A stretch of DNA of 64,000 nucleotides from Camelus ferus (lineage: Eukaryota), in contig NC_045696.1 of the NCBI RefSeq assembly GCF_009834535.1, positions 75,518,001 to 75,582,000 of the forward strand, written 5' to 3'. Position 1 is the stretch's first letter. Each line of letters opens with the position of its first letter. A program made the translations under genes and the position numbers. The notes beneath the pieces are model-generated. The model saw only the letters and a list, made by a program, of their open reading frames with translations, did no database searches and was not told the DNA's origin. Positions 52,016 through 64,000 of this stretch are shown in pieces.

Positions 52016-53339
52016 GACACAGCCAAAGCTTTAGTCTCTTAGAAACTTTCTGTGTAAATGTTAGTTTTATGCCTGCTGCTGCTCTAGAAATAGGTAACTT
52101 TGTGAGAGGAAAGCCAGCAGTATGCCTGCAACTCCCCATATCTCCCAAAAGCCTACTTTTTTTTCTTTCTCTATCTTCCAGTAGCATCCCTTTCTGGGTA
52201 CAAAACTTGGATTATCATCCTTGTGCCCATTCACAAAATTGGCAAATGCCTCTAGGGCAGAAGTGACTGCAGAAGTCCACTTACTTCTGCTGCATTCTCC
52301 CCTCTCTGCAGTATGGCCTTTCCAATTCTCTGTAGACTTCAAACAGATGATTACCATCTTTTATCTTGGTTTTCCGTCTTATACCCAGTGGCAGCATTGG
52401 TGTGCCAAAATCCACTTCTTGCCATTTTTAAGTAGAAATCTACCACAGTTTATTTTGAATTGATAGATACTCTATCTATCAACTATCAATCAATCAAAAA
52501 TGCCAGCTTAAAAATATTTTATGTAAAATGGACTTGCAAGTATTACTGTCCTTTGTCCTGAGACATTTTTGGGTAATGGCATCAGCAGACCTGGAAAAGA
52601 AGACCTGTAGATAATTAAAGGAGGCTTCAGTTTCATTTGATTCTGGGAATTGAACCCTGATTAGAAGTACTGGAAAACTAAAGTGGAGCTGATTGTCCTC
52701 ATAACGTGGGAGAAGTGAAACAGAAACAGATTTAAGGGTGCTTAAGCACGTTAGTAATGATTTTCTCTGGCATGACTAGCTTTGTTGTTAATTCAACTAA
52801 TGTAACTAAGTCATGGGTTTGGGCTCTCTCAGAAAACCATGGAAAAAAACTGAAAAATTACTTGGCAGATCACGCACAAAAATTGTGATTTGTCTGAAAT
52901 GAATTCCTGACTGAGATTACCAACATGATTCCTGCTTTTGTGCCAGTGGTGGAGCTTGAACATATGAAGGCATGCCTATTGCTGGCTAAGGCAGACTTAT
53001 CTTAGCATATGCCATGGCTGCTGCCTGCAGGTAACAACATGAACCATCCTAGTCCTTTTGTCTACGTTGTCGCACTTACTAGTATTTTAATTTCTTAATT
53101 AGGTTTCAACAGCTTTTGTGCACACAGTTACTTTTTTATCTAAACAATTGCCTCAACACGAAGCAGAAGCATAAAACATAAAAACATTTAAATAATATTT
53201 AGAGTCTCCCAGGGGACATTTTGGACTTTAATTTTAGAGATGAGAGATTTCCTGAAGATGATCTGAAATGCTTATTTGTTTGTATGGTTTTTAAGAAAAT
53301 TCATATCCGAGCAACAGTCAATAAAGTCTGGTACAAATA

Positions 53340-53760
53340 ATGTGACTTGATAATAGTTAAATATCTAAGTCAGAGATGAAAAATTATTCTCTGTCATTGC
53401 ACTCAGTAAAGTAACAGTTTGTGTAAAACCTTATCTTTTTATAGTATATAGATGTGTATGTGTATATGCTTATGTACACATTTATATGTTTAAAATGGAC
53501 TTATACTGTATATTATCTTTTAGAATCTGTTTTTTATATAACTATATATATTGAGAAATTTCCCTTGTCATTACATTTTCTATAAAATGTGAATTTAACA
53601 GATTCCCAGTGTAGCAGCAAAATATGTATATAGTATGTATACACACCACTGATGGATATACAAGTTGTTTGAAACTTTTCACCATGTTCTATGGACATTC
53701 TTATATATAAATCTTTTTGTACACATCTGATCATTTTATTAGAATAACTTCTTGCAAAAA
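53340..53760 (-). mobile_element. Old L1 (L1ME-like) fragment
   Basis: aaaatggacttatactgtata..ctgatggata..aagttgttt..atctttttgtacacat. Confidence 0.5.
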
Positions 53761-54419
53761 AAAATTGCTTCCAAGTTTTTGCTCAAGTCGTCTTGAACAC
53801 AAGATTTTAACATGAATATCATTTAGTTTCTGAATGCAGCCTGTATCTTTAAAAAGTAATTGAGGTTAGGAAGCTATTTTGGGGAAGAGCAGGAAAGGTG
53901 TAAAGACCAAGTGCAAAATGGCTGAGAGAATGGAGGGACTCAATACAACTTATCAGGTACTTGACATTAAAAATTATGTACTGTGTTGAGCTATTGCTGT
54001 GAGGTGGTGTGTGATGGTAGTACATGGGAAGTACCACCTTCTTGCACAGCACACGTGGGTGACCACTTTTCAGCTGGGCATCAAGTAGGAAGAGTATTCT
54101 GACAAAGGGCTTTAGTGTTTCCTATCTTAACAGCAGAGGAGAGAGTGGAGTCCCCTACACAGAACTCTGCGAAATCACTTGTGCCACTCAGATCTGAGGG
54201 ACAAGGCTGACAACTCACAGGTAGCACATGGAGAAATGCAATACTTTTTATAGCAGTTGACTTCATTACTCTGAAATACATCCTTTAGCTTTGTACTTCA
54301 GCCCCCAAACTTACAGTTGGACCTTGGTTAAGGGCCCTGTTCTTTGATAGCTTTGGGGCAAGGCAGTATTGCTGAGCCTTAGTTTTTCCATCTGGCAAAG
54401 ATGTATTACAATACTTTCA

Positions 54420-54545
54420 ACATTCATACATTCATTCCATGAATTACGTAGCAGACACTGTTCCAGACACTGGTGATACAGTGGTGAATATGAAAACAGT
54501 ATCCCTGCCTTTATGAAGTTTATGTTTTATTAGAGGAGAACTGAA
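54420..54545 (-). mobile_element. L2 3' end fragment
   Basis: cattcattc..agacactgttccagacactggtgatacagtggtgaa..ccctgcctttatgaagttta. Confidence 0.75.
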
Positions 54546-56777
54546 TGAAGTAAAAACTATGCAGTGCTTGCTAGCACCCTTAGAACAATAAGCCCTGAAT
54601 GAATGATATTACATATATTACATTTATTATAAAATCGTATATGTAAACTTTACCATTGTAATTTTTTTTAGTACTTTAACAAGTACCTAGGCAAAGTTCA
54701 AATCTGGGTTTTAAAATCTTGACACGGGCCCTAGTAGAGCAGCGGCCATATGGCTCCCACAGAGGTGGAACGAGACCGAAGTGGAGCTCAGTCGCTTCAT
54801 CTCACCAGTAAAGAAGCGTCATTGATCCTTGACAAGGAGGTGATCAACCTCGGAACCAGCCTAATATTCTTTGTTAGTCGTGTCCTATGTGTTATAATCT
54901 ATGACTCGTTCTCATTATATTGCAAGTTTCAGTTCTTTGCAATGATTTCTACTATCATTTTTATAAAGTATTAAGGTCAATATTGTTCTATATAAATACC
55001 TGGATCAGGAGAACACAATTCTGTACTCTGAGTAAACAAATGAGAGCAGGATTCTTTCTCAGTGAGGCCCCTCATTTTCCCTAGAGTTAGAAAATCCCCG
55101 TTTGATACCTTAAGAAAATGTTCCTCTTTCAAAAGAAATTATGACCTTTCTCTGACCTTTATTATTTATTTAACATCTATTGAGCAGGTGAGTCTTTCAC
55201 ATTTCTCAGAAAAGAATGACGAAAAGGTGAGGGAGTAGATGGAGTTTATCCTGCTTTTTAAAAGCTCATGATTCGATCCCTCAAGAATTTGTGAGGAGAA
55301 ATGGATAGTCCAGTGGTGAAATATGCAGCACAGGTCTTTATCACTGAATATTAAAAATTACTTAAAATTGTCCTGGGAATTTTACCAAGTCTCTTCTTAA
55401 AGAGAAAATGGTGTTTTTAAAGACAGAATAGAAAAGAGTAAATATTCCAGAGTTATAATTATAGAATTATGACATCACCATCAAACAGGCCAAGTACACT
55501 TAATAGCAGAAGGAGATAACAGAAATGCAAAGGTGATACTTGGAAGTTCAGAATACCAGTCACAAACACAAATAATTCTTTTCTCGTCTTTTTTATCAAA
55601 AAGCTTTTGGCCGTTCATTTCCATTCAGGAGGCTCAGACATATGGCATTATCCATTGCTCAGCAGGCATTTTCTTAATTGGAAAATGTGTGCTTTTCTTG
55701 CAGATTCATCAGGATACTCTGGAGAAAACATTTTACCATCCATGGACGTTTGTGTTTGTTCCTCTTTATCTGCATAGGAAGTCTTGTGTTAGTAAACCCA
55801 GTTGCATTTGTGTGACACAGTCACTATTTCTAGCTTGGTTAAGCGTTTGGGTCGAGGGTGGGAAAGGGAAATCTCTCTAGACCGCAGATAATGCTTTTAA
55901 AGTCTCCACTGTCTCCATTTCAAAGGAAAGATGCGTGACGAGGGCAATGAACTAGAGTGCCTACATTTATAAAGGATGTATTCGAAATAAGCAGATCTTT
56001 TCCAAGGGCTCTCTTACCACCTGGAAGTAGTTTCCAAAGGACATTGTTCTATCACAGTTAAGTGCTCTGGGGCTTGGGGGAAGGACTCTACTGAAGAAGG
56101 CTTATTGCTGACCAACAGCCTCTTCCCCTCATCTCCCAGCAACCTCTGGGGAAGGATGCAGGTAGGATGGTCCAGTGTTGGATTAAGGGACATCTTGGAG
56201 AATGGTAATCCAGTACATGAACCCTGATTCCTGACCTCATTGCCTTCCAGGAGAATTGTGTGCTAGGGAGCAGATGTAAGGGCTACTGTGACAACAGGAA
56301 CGTTAATCCAGGTAGTTTTCTTTGAAGGCGCTTTATGAAGTACAAGATTTGAAGGTAAAAGATTAAAGGTCCTACAGAACAAAGATAATCTGTCACATCT
56401 CTTACACCCAGAACTGACATTATTTGTTCAAGTTCAGTGTTTTTGGCATTCATATACTTGTCTCTTATACTCCCAATGGCTGTGAGCCCAACAGCATAAG
56501 ACTCGAAGGTCCTAGTAACTTAGACTTGCACTACATCTCCATTTGAAAGGCTCCAAAGAATATTGTCCTATTTCTCCACCTGCCTCCTTCTTTCTCAATT
56601 AGACAGGATATGTTTATCTTTGCATCTGTTGCTGTGATGCGACTCTGGCAACTGAGAAATAGAAAATAAGTAGTCTGAAGAGATTACTTAGAGAGACTGG
56701 CCATGCTGAGGACGATATGTAATGTTTCCATCTGCCCAGCTGGCCATCTCTGCAGCCCTCCTTATGTGAGAGGCCCC

Positions 56778-57058
56778 AGATGATGGAACAGAACATGGAC
56801 TTTGGGGTCAGCTTTCCTGGGTTTGAATCATAACTCCACCTGCTAATGCCTATGTAGCTTTGGGCAAATATTTTCATCTCTCTGTGTTTCAATTTCCCTT
56901 TCTTAGAAAAGGAAAGGGTAATAATGTTTGTGCAAAGGAAAGGTTAATAATGTCTGTTTTGAAAAGTTGTGAAAGTTAAATGAGTTAATACATTAATAGC
57001 ACTTGGAACAGTGTCTGCTATGTGGTAATGACTATATAAAAGTTTCCTATCCTTATTA
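56778..57058 (+). mobile_element. MIR SINE
   Basis: catggactttggggtcag..cctgggtttgaatc..tttgggcaaa..ttaaatgagttaataca..agcacttggaacagtgtctg. Confidence 0.85.
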
Positions 57059-57065
57059 GTAGTTC

Positions 57066-57231
57066 AAGAGTTCTTTATAAGCCCAAACTTCACGGGGTTC
57101 TATGAAGTTCTTTGAACCCCGTGAAGTTGTATACAGAATTAATGTAGCTGCTTATACAGAAAATTTTTTAGCAGAGTGCTCATACTGTTCATCAGAATCA
57201 TCTCTGAAATAAAATAGTTTAAGGACTACTG
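57066..57231 (+). mobile_element. MER103-like hAT-Charlie MITE
   Basis: ..tgaaccccgtgaagttgtatacagaatt..catac..ttcatcagaa..tttaaggactactg. Confidence 0.55.
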
Positions 57232-59739
57232 TGACAGACTTTATAGGTCTCCAAATACTGTGTTAGTTTCTATCATCAGCAAAACTTAGTGAACCATTAC
57301 TAATTTTGGCTCATATGAGTAACAATGAAATCTTCAACTAAAATAATCCTTAAGAATTTATTTACAGGGTGTATGAAAGCTATTGGTTAGGCGTGCTGAG
57401 TTTGTCTCCTGCAGTTTTCTCTCAGCTGTTATTTTTTATCCACAGTTACAAGCAGAAGCCAGCTAGAGAGGTCAATCGACCAAATTAATTAATCAAAGAG
57501 GACATACAATATTGAATATCCCCAAACTTGGAGCATTTTCCCCAGCTTTCAAGCTGCCCTGCATTAATGCACTGACACACTAGATGTCAGTGTTTCCATG
57601 AGAATGAATAAAGGCATTCTGTTGTCATCCTTGAAGCAAAGGATTAATTGATTGCTATAAAAAGTTAGATGAAATAAAATGTTCTCCTTGCTCTTCAAAC
57701 GAAGATAAGCTAATAACTTTGGACACAATTTCACTCCTCTGCGTTCACCAAGTGTCCAATTACACATCCTTTCTGCCAGGACTTTCAAAACAATATAAAA
57801 TTGAATGAAGGCAGTGAAAGAAGTCATAGGAGGATTTCCGCAGAACACCATCCCATTCAGAAACAAAGCAATTTAGTATGTGCCTCCAAGATTTCTAAAT
57901 GCAATGACTTAGTAAGTAATATTCTTCCTGTATATCCCTCTGTGTTCCTTTGAGCTTTATTTGGGACATTTAAAAAAAATCTCTCTTTATAAAAACAATC
58001 TTTCAGCCATCTTTCTTTAAGTAGGCTTGCTTAATTGGGACAAAGATGATCCTATTTGAATCATAAATCTGCATGAAATAGTCCTGCATTTTCAGATGTT
58101 CTGTTTTCATCACTTGTCTGAGCATACATTTTAGATGGTGTGCCTCAGCCTTCAGACGCAGGACAGTCAGGAGAGCCACAAAGAGCTATCTAGAGATGCA
58201 AGAAAGCATAATAGAGGAGATATACGAAAATTATATAATGAGAAGTATCTAAATGAGTAAGGAGGATGCTGAGAGTGTTAACTCAGGGGAAATACCAGAA
58301 CAAGGGCTTCCTGATGTCCTTGCCCTTGAGGTTTTATTTAGTACGTGTTCTTTCCCCCCATGAACAGATAGCAAAGCAATGTGACTTTATAGCATTCTGT
58401 TGCATGCGCACTGGAACTTCCCCAATGTCAAGTATCACCTGGGAATTTAAAGTCTACCATGTACACTAAAGAACCAAACCAAGGAAGCTGGTCAAATGCA
58501 AGCTTCAGTTAAAACAGAGAGATTGATTAGGGTGGAAGTGCTTTTCTAATCAAAACAACAGGAAAAATGTGTTCCAGGGATTCAGCCCTCTCGGGTTATT
58601 TTCAGAACTGACAACCACAGAAAGCAGATGGCCTCAGAGGCTGTTCTGGATATGGGCTCAGAAACGTAACACAAGGTTAACAGTGGCGTCTGCTGTCATC
58701 CGTGAGGCATCAGAGTTCCAAGAAATACTCCAGTTCCAGAACCTTCTCTAAAATAGTGTTTCCTCTGTGCATTTTTTTTTTTTAAGTTAATGCGATCAAG
58801 GTTTAAAATGGCTCAGGGAAAGAGGACCTTAGTTTACCTTGGAGGATCTACTGGAAGACTTCTACAGAATCCAGTCCCTTTACTCTTCCACAGTTTTCTG
58901 TTACAACATGTTGAAAGTAAAAGTATTTGTTTGTGAATGACAGCTTATTATTTTCGTTAATACAGTATTTCAGTGTAATAGTCTACACATTTAAAAATGT
59001 AATTATTTATTTTAAAAGAAATATAGACAAGTTATTTATCTAAACCTAGGGTTGTAGACCTGAAAATATCCTGATTAATAGTTATGGTGAGGCTTGGGGT
59101 TTAGCAATTGGAGCAGGACCAATCACCTCCAAATAATTCCTCTTTTTCCCCTTGCAGTTGGTCACCAATGTCTGAAGTGACTTCATCAGAGATTCACAAA
59201 AGAAATACCTTTGCCATATGAAGAGAATCCATTCATTAAATTACTATCATTGATGTCTTAGTGTGAGTCATTTTTTTTTTGCCTCTTTCTAATGTCATGG
59301 GAAGGACAACAGACAAGTGTGTCAGGTTCTTCCCAGAGAGGGTGGATCAGATGGACTGTTCTGGGTATAAGAGCCTAAGGAAACCATGGAAGTCTGGAGG
59401 TATGAGGTAAACAGAAATATCCAAAAAATTAAGATGGATACATTGAGTTAATAATGAAATCTTAGGAGAGTATTTTTCAACTTTTTTTTTTCAATTTTGC
59501 ATTGGAAAGGCCCTAAGAACAGAGCATTGGTTCCTGAAAATTATGCAACTGGTCTTATCTGAGAAATGCCATTCCTAGTGGGAAAGGCAGGATAACAAGA
59601 GGTAATTAATGGAGTTCTTGGTGTGATGGTGTGTTGAGTTTAGTAAATCACTGACCTCTAGACCTCCATGCTGGGGGTGCTGGAAAGTCTACTACCCCTC
59701 TCCCTCTTTTTCCCAGCTGTGCAGCCCATACGTAGGGGC

Positions 59740-59990
59740 AGGTGATTATAGTTTTAGAGACAGACACATGATTTTCAAGAATTACTTTATCACTTGTGCT
59801 ATGTTAACCTTGAGAATTTCCCTGAACATTTCTAAACTTCAATATTTTTTCTCCTTAAAATGGGGGAAAAAGCCCCATAATCTGTCCAAACAAGTCATAG
59901 GGATGGTTTTAAGTCGAAAACAGCAACAACTAAGTGTAAATGGGTTTTGTGAGCTGTGAGGTGCTTTACACAATCTCTTGAGTGTAATTA
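59740..59990 (+). mobile_element. MIR SINE
   Basis: ttttagagacagac..atcacttg..accttgagaa..taaaatgggg..catagggatggtttta..tgtgagctgtgaggtgcttta. Confidence 0.65.
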
Positions 59991-60884
59991 TTTATATAAA
60001 TGTTGCAGTTATATCTTCTTAAGGTCTTTTAGGTCATGAAAACTGAAGTAATCGCAGGTAAAAATACGTCTGGCACGAACTAGGTTAGAAATCGTGGCAA
60101 TGTATAGAATGGTATTAGAAACAATTTACTCCTCTAAGAAAAGAAAAAAGAAAGAAATACTGTGGAATTTTATAAGACCCTTGGCACAGACTTCACAATG
60201 TGATATCAAAAGATTTGGGGGAATGGAATGAGATTGCAGGGTTGTAACAATTTCCCTTTAATGTTTTCTTTGGAGATGAAAGAGATAAGGCATTTTTTAA
60301 AAAGTGTATCCTAAATGCTGACTTAACTTGTGACCTCTTCAAAACATTTATGATCACTCATTTTGATGGCCTTCCTGATGTGACTAAATCTTATGAGTTA
60401 TTTTTATTAAGATCTTGCAAAGTTGCCAGATAACTAATTGTGGTGGAAAACAGCCAAGGAGCAGGGCTCAGAGTGGTACAAAATTGTGGGTTCTCTCTCC
60501 AGCTTACCACTTATCAGCTTTCCTAATCCTTCCAACAATGTCCTTTACAATTTGGACACACAAATTTGTATATATTTTTAAATTTATTTTCTGTCTGTGT
60601 CATGTCTGTGTTTGTAATTTGCTTCTCTCTTGTTAGATTATCTCTCCCAGACATAGTCTGTATCTTTTATTATCTTTGAAACTGTCTGTAGGGTCTAATG
60701 TAAATTTAGGCACATGGATCTTTCTCTGATATGTGTCCTTTCAGCTTCAGGGAAAGGAAGCTGAGTTCTAGATACAACTGAGCTCCTTACTAGATACACA
60801 CATGTTATAATTATCTTTATAGAATTGGATGCTTTCCCTCTCGAAGACCCAAAAGAAGACAGAAAACTTAGCTTATTTCTTCAC

Positions 60885-60990
60885 ATTAATTCATTCATCA
60901 AACACCATTGAGTGCCTATTGTATGCTAGATTCTGTGTAAGATTTGGACTTACTCAACAAACGTGAAAAGAATTCTGTCCTAGATGAATA
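60885..60990 (-). mobile_element. L2 3' end fragment
   Basis: attcattcatcaaacaccattgagtgcctattgtatgctag. Confidence 0.6.
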
Positions 60991-61984
60991 GTAGAATGAG
61001 GATTTCGGAGAAAGAGAAATGCAGAGGACAGTTTCACCTGGTCGTGGGAAGGGAGGCCCTAATGACTGAGCTTTAAGATTCATATACATTTGAGTCTCAC
61101 TTGTTCCTTTTATCCTGATCCTCTTTTAAAGAAGACATCCCACAGAAGCTCCATTTTGTCCTCACATTTGGTTTTCCCATGGCGAAACTCATTATTAATA
61201 TCAGAACGTTTCGATTATCTTGTATTTTAGTTGACTCCTTACCTTTAAACTTGGCTTTTCCAAAGACTCTTCAAAGTGGTAGGATGAAGAAGGAGCATCC
61301 TTTGGCCAGTGAGAAGGCAGCACTAAGTGACAGGACTCTGTTGTCGAAGAACACACAGGGTGGTTGAGGGACTGGCAAAGATGATAAAAGACAAGATGAA
61401 ATGAGAATAGGGAAAAGCACTGTAAGTGTAAGAGTTTTTAATACCAGTGTACCGGTAGACCCAGGTGGGTAAAGCAGAGACTAGAGGTAAAGGAAGAGTG
61501 GCAATTGTAAACTTAAATCTTAGGCACTAAGATGGTTTTATGGATACTGTGTAAAGGTGAGTAAGATTTTTGTCATCTTTTCCTACTTTTTAAACTTTCC
61601 TCAAGTCCTGCAGTCCCTCCCCAGTGATAGCTCAGAGTTATATCTGAAGGCAAAGCATTAAGGGACCAATACTTACACTTAACGATCTTAAGGGATCGTG
61701 TCTCAACATTAGGAACTGAAATGACTTATCTGGAAGGCTCTGATTGTTGGTTATTTAGGTGGGGGAGTAAAGCTGTGTTCCCGACATGCCTCTTAAATGA
61801 TCAAAGTGATGGCATACATAACGGTGGAGGTGTTTCTCCTATATTTGCACATGTGCTTGAACTGGTTTGTTGGTCTACATGCTAATACTGATCAGTTGAT
61901 TGGCCATCTGATGGCTGTGGCTCAGGGTGGGCACTAGTTAGCACACTAATTACACAATTAACTTCAGATTAGGTTATTTTAGAT

Positions 61985-62262
61985 GAAAGAAAAGGAAGGA
62001 AGGGGGGAAGAAAGGAAGGAGGGAACGAAGAGAGAGAGAGAAAGAGAGAAAGAAAGAAAGAAAGAGAGAGAGAGAAAGAAAGAAAGAAAGAAAAGAAAGG
62101 AAGAGAGAAAGAGAGAAAGGAAGAGAGAAAGGAAGAAAGAAAGGAAGAAAGAAAGAAAGAAAGGAAGGAAGAAAGGAAGGAAGAAAGAAAAGAAGAAAGA
62201 AAAGAAAGAAGAAAGAAAGAAAGAAAAGAAGAAAGAAAGAAAGAAAAGAACGAAGAAAAGAA
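61985..62262 (+). repeat. Compound polypurine microsatellite (GGAA/GAAA/GA/GAAAA)
   Basis: 278 nt of purines with only two C residues (62026, 62251). Confidence 0.97.
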
Positions 62263-62469
62263 CAAACAAACCTATCCAAGGGGAGAAGTTCTGGAATTTG
62301 TGGGAGGCAAATGAAACCCATGCATAGAGAAAGTAACGGCATGGGATGACTAATCTCACCTAAGGAAGAAACACTCTTACTGAGAATAACTATATCAATA
62401 TATGTAAAAGAAAATTTATTACAGTATCCTTTAAAACAAGAAATATTGGAAATCACATAAATACCTCTC

Positions 62470-63475
62470 TGTGAAAATAATGTATGCTTACATTGTAATC
62501 CTTAATGGATGCTGTTTCATTTTATGCTTCTACATACATCTAATTTTTTCCCTTAGGATAAATTCCTACAAAAAGAATTTCTATATCAAAGGATATACAT
62601 GTATTAATTGATTCAATTAATTCAGTATTTTGCAATCTCCATGCCAGAAAGGTTTTAAAACATTTAAATTAATTGTTTGAGTGATAGATGTTTTAAAAAT
62701 TATACTCCCACCAGCAGAATATGAAAATTCCTATTTATTTACCTCTTGGACATTAGGTATTATCCTTTTTTTCCTACACTCTAATAGATAAATATTACAT
62801 TTTACTGTCTTTATAATTTTTTGTTGTTGTTGTTATTAATAGACCAAGCATTTAAAATGCTCACAGGCCATTTTTATTTCTTCTTTTACTAGTTACCTCT
62901 TCATGTCCTAAGTCCATTTTGGGGGGCTACTTTTTTCTCTTCATATTCATTTAAAGAACCATTTATGTATTCACCTCAAATATGTTGCAAATAGTTTTCC
63001 CAGTTTATGTTTGCATTTAATTGATTATTTTCTTTGTTGTTATATGGGCTGTTCTAATTTTTAGGTAGTTGCATTTATCAGGCTTCTACTTTTGGCCTGC
63101 TTTTAGTGTCATGCCTAGAAAGATTTTCTCTAGCACGATGTCATTTAAAATAAAAATTTATTTTCTCCTATTATCAGTATGGCTTATATTTTTTATATAT
63201 AATTTTTTAATCTTGATAACATTTGTCATGGTAAAAAGTAGGAATCTGACTTTTTCCCCTAAGCAATTAGCCAGTTTTCCCAATATCATCTATTGGGGTA
63301 TCTCTTTATCACATTTAAAATTTTTTCACATGCTTCCGTTTCATACTAGTCTGTTCTTACAGTTCGCACCACACTGTCCAAATATTATCATTCTGAATTA
63401 CATTAACATCTGAGAGATACTATCTCACTCCATCACCCTTTTTTATATGTTTCTACTGTACTTTTTATTTATCCA
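62470..63475 (-). mobile_element. Old L1 (L1ME-like) ORF2 fragment
   Basis: ccttaggataaattccta..tttatactcccaccagcag..atatgttgcaaat..tagccagttttcccaa. Confidence 0.7.
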
Positions 63476-64000
63476 ATTATGGAAGAGACTAAAATGCCAA
63501 AAAAAAAAAAACCCTCAACAAAACAGTAAAAAGATCTTAGTGTTAAGAACTAACTCTTGTAAGAAGGAAAAGCAGGAGTATTAAAGATTTTTTGGATGAT
63601 TTCAAAGAGGATAAAGATTATCTAGCAGAGGAATCTAATTCTGATTCAACTTTAGATTCTCCAGACTCTGTTGATCCAGTTAATCATATAACAACTGCCA
63701 CTTCAACAGATTTGGAAAGCAATTTGATAGCCTCCATAAGGCTGTAATACCCAGGACCAAAATAACTACTGACTGACCAGACATTCAATTAAAATAGGGA
63801 ACACTCAGACAAATGATGCACACTTGGCCTTTAGGAACTCAAGACGTGTATTTCATGACCAACCAGTGATAATGAGCTATTTCTGTCTAAGAAGCAATGT
63901 ACCTCCAGTGACCATGTGGTATCTAATTGTAAGGAAGCCCAGGCCTGCACTTGGGAATGCACCACTGAAATCCTTACTATTTGCAGAGTGAAACTTGTGG

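Noticed and set aside
52460..52482. Hairpin ttgatagata-ctc-tatctatcaa
   Set aside because: Low-complexity GATA/TATC repeat context.
56908..56956. Short tandem duplications (also 10012-10030 and 45685-45712)
   Set aside because: Two-copy slippage duplications, not arrays; no repeat-spacer structure.
61969..62456. Four overlapping ORFs of 98-160 aa (K/E/R-rich or F/L/S-rich)
   Set aside because: Read-through of the polypurine microsatellite, which lacks stop codons.
1..64000. CRISPR arrays, operons, defence systems, tRNA/rRNA or known miRNA genes
   Set aside because: Mammalian repeat-rich DNA with no such signatures seen; small RNA genes cannot be fully excluded without an Infernal/Rfam search.

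Overview
AT-rich eutherian mammal genomic DNA, not prokaryotic. It is intronic or intergenic, and I recognise no protein-coding gene, tRNA, rRNA or CRISPR array. About half the window is transposon relics: MIR, L2, hAT and TcMar MITEs, four LTRs and many L1s, including one near-full-length degenerate L1 at 33.2-39.5 kb. The young L1 3' ends resemble camelid (alpaca/camel) L1, and no Alu, Bov-tA/BovB, PRE or CAN SINEs are seen, so a camelid genome is inferred. Repeat family names come from my recall of consensus sequences, not from a database search, and repeat boundaries without TSDs are approximate. ORF-track entries are L1 ORF1/ORF2 remnants, microsatellite read-through or chance ORFs. I found no new biological system. 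The best observations are (1) a multiply inverted, chimeric L1 insertion with fold-back and microhomology junctions inside one TSD pair (45.7-47.5 kb), (2) a 54-bp locally templated insertion (27441-27494 copied to 30230-30283), and (3) a repeat-free island with a coherent minus-strand donor/acceptor/donor exon architecture (26.07-26.42 kb) belonging to an unidentified transcript.
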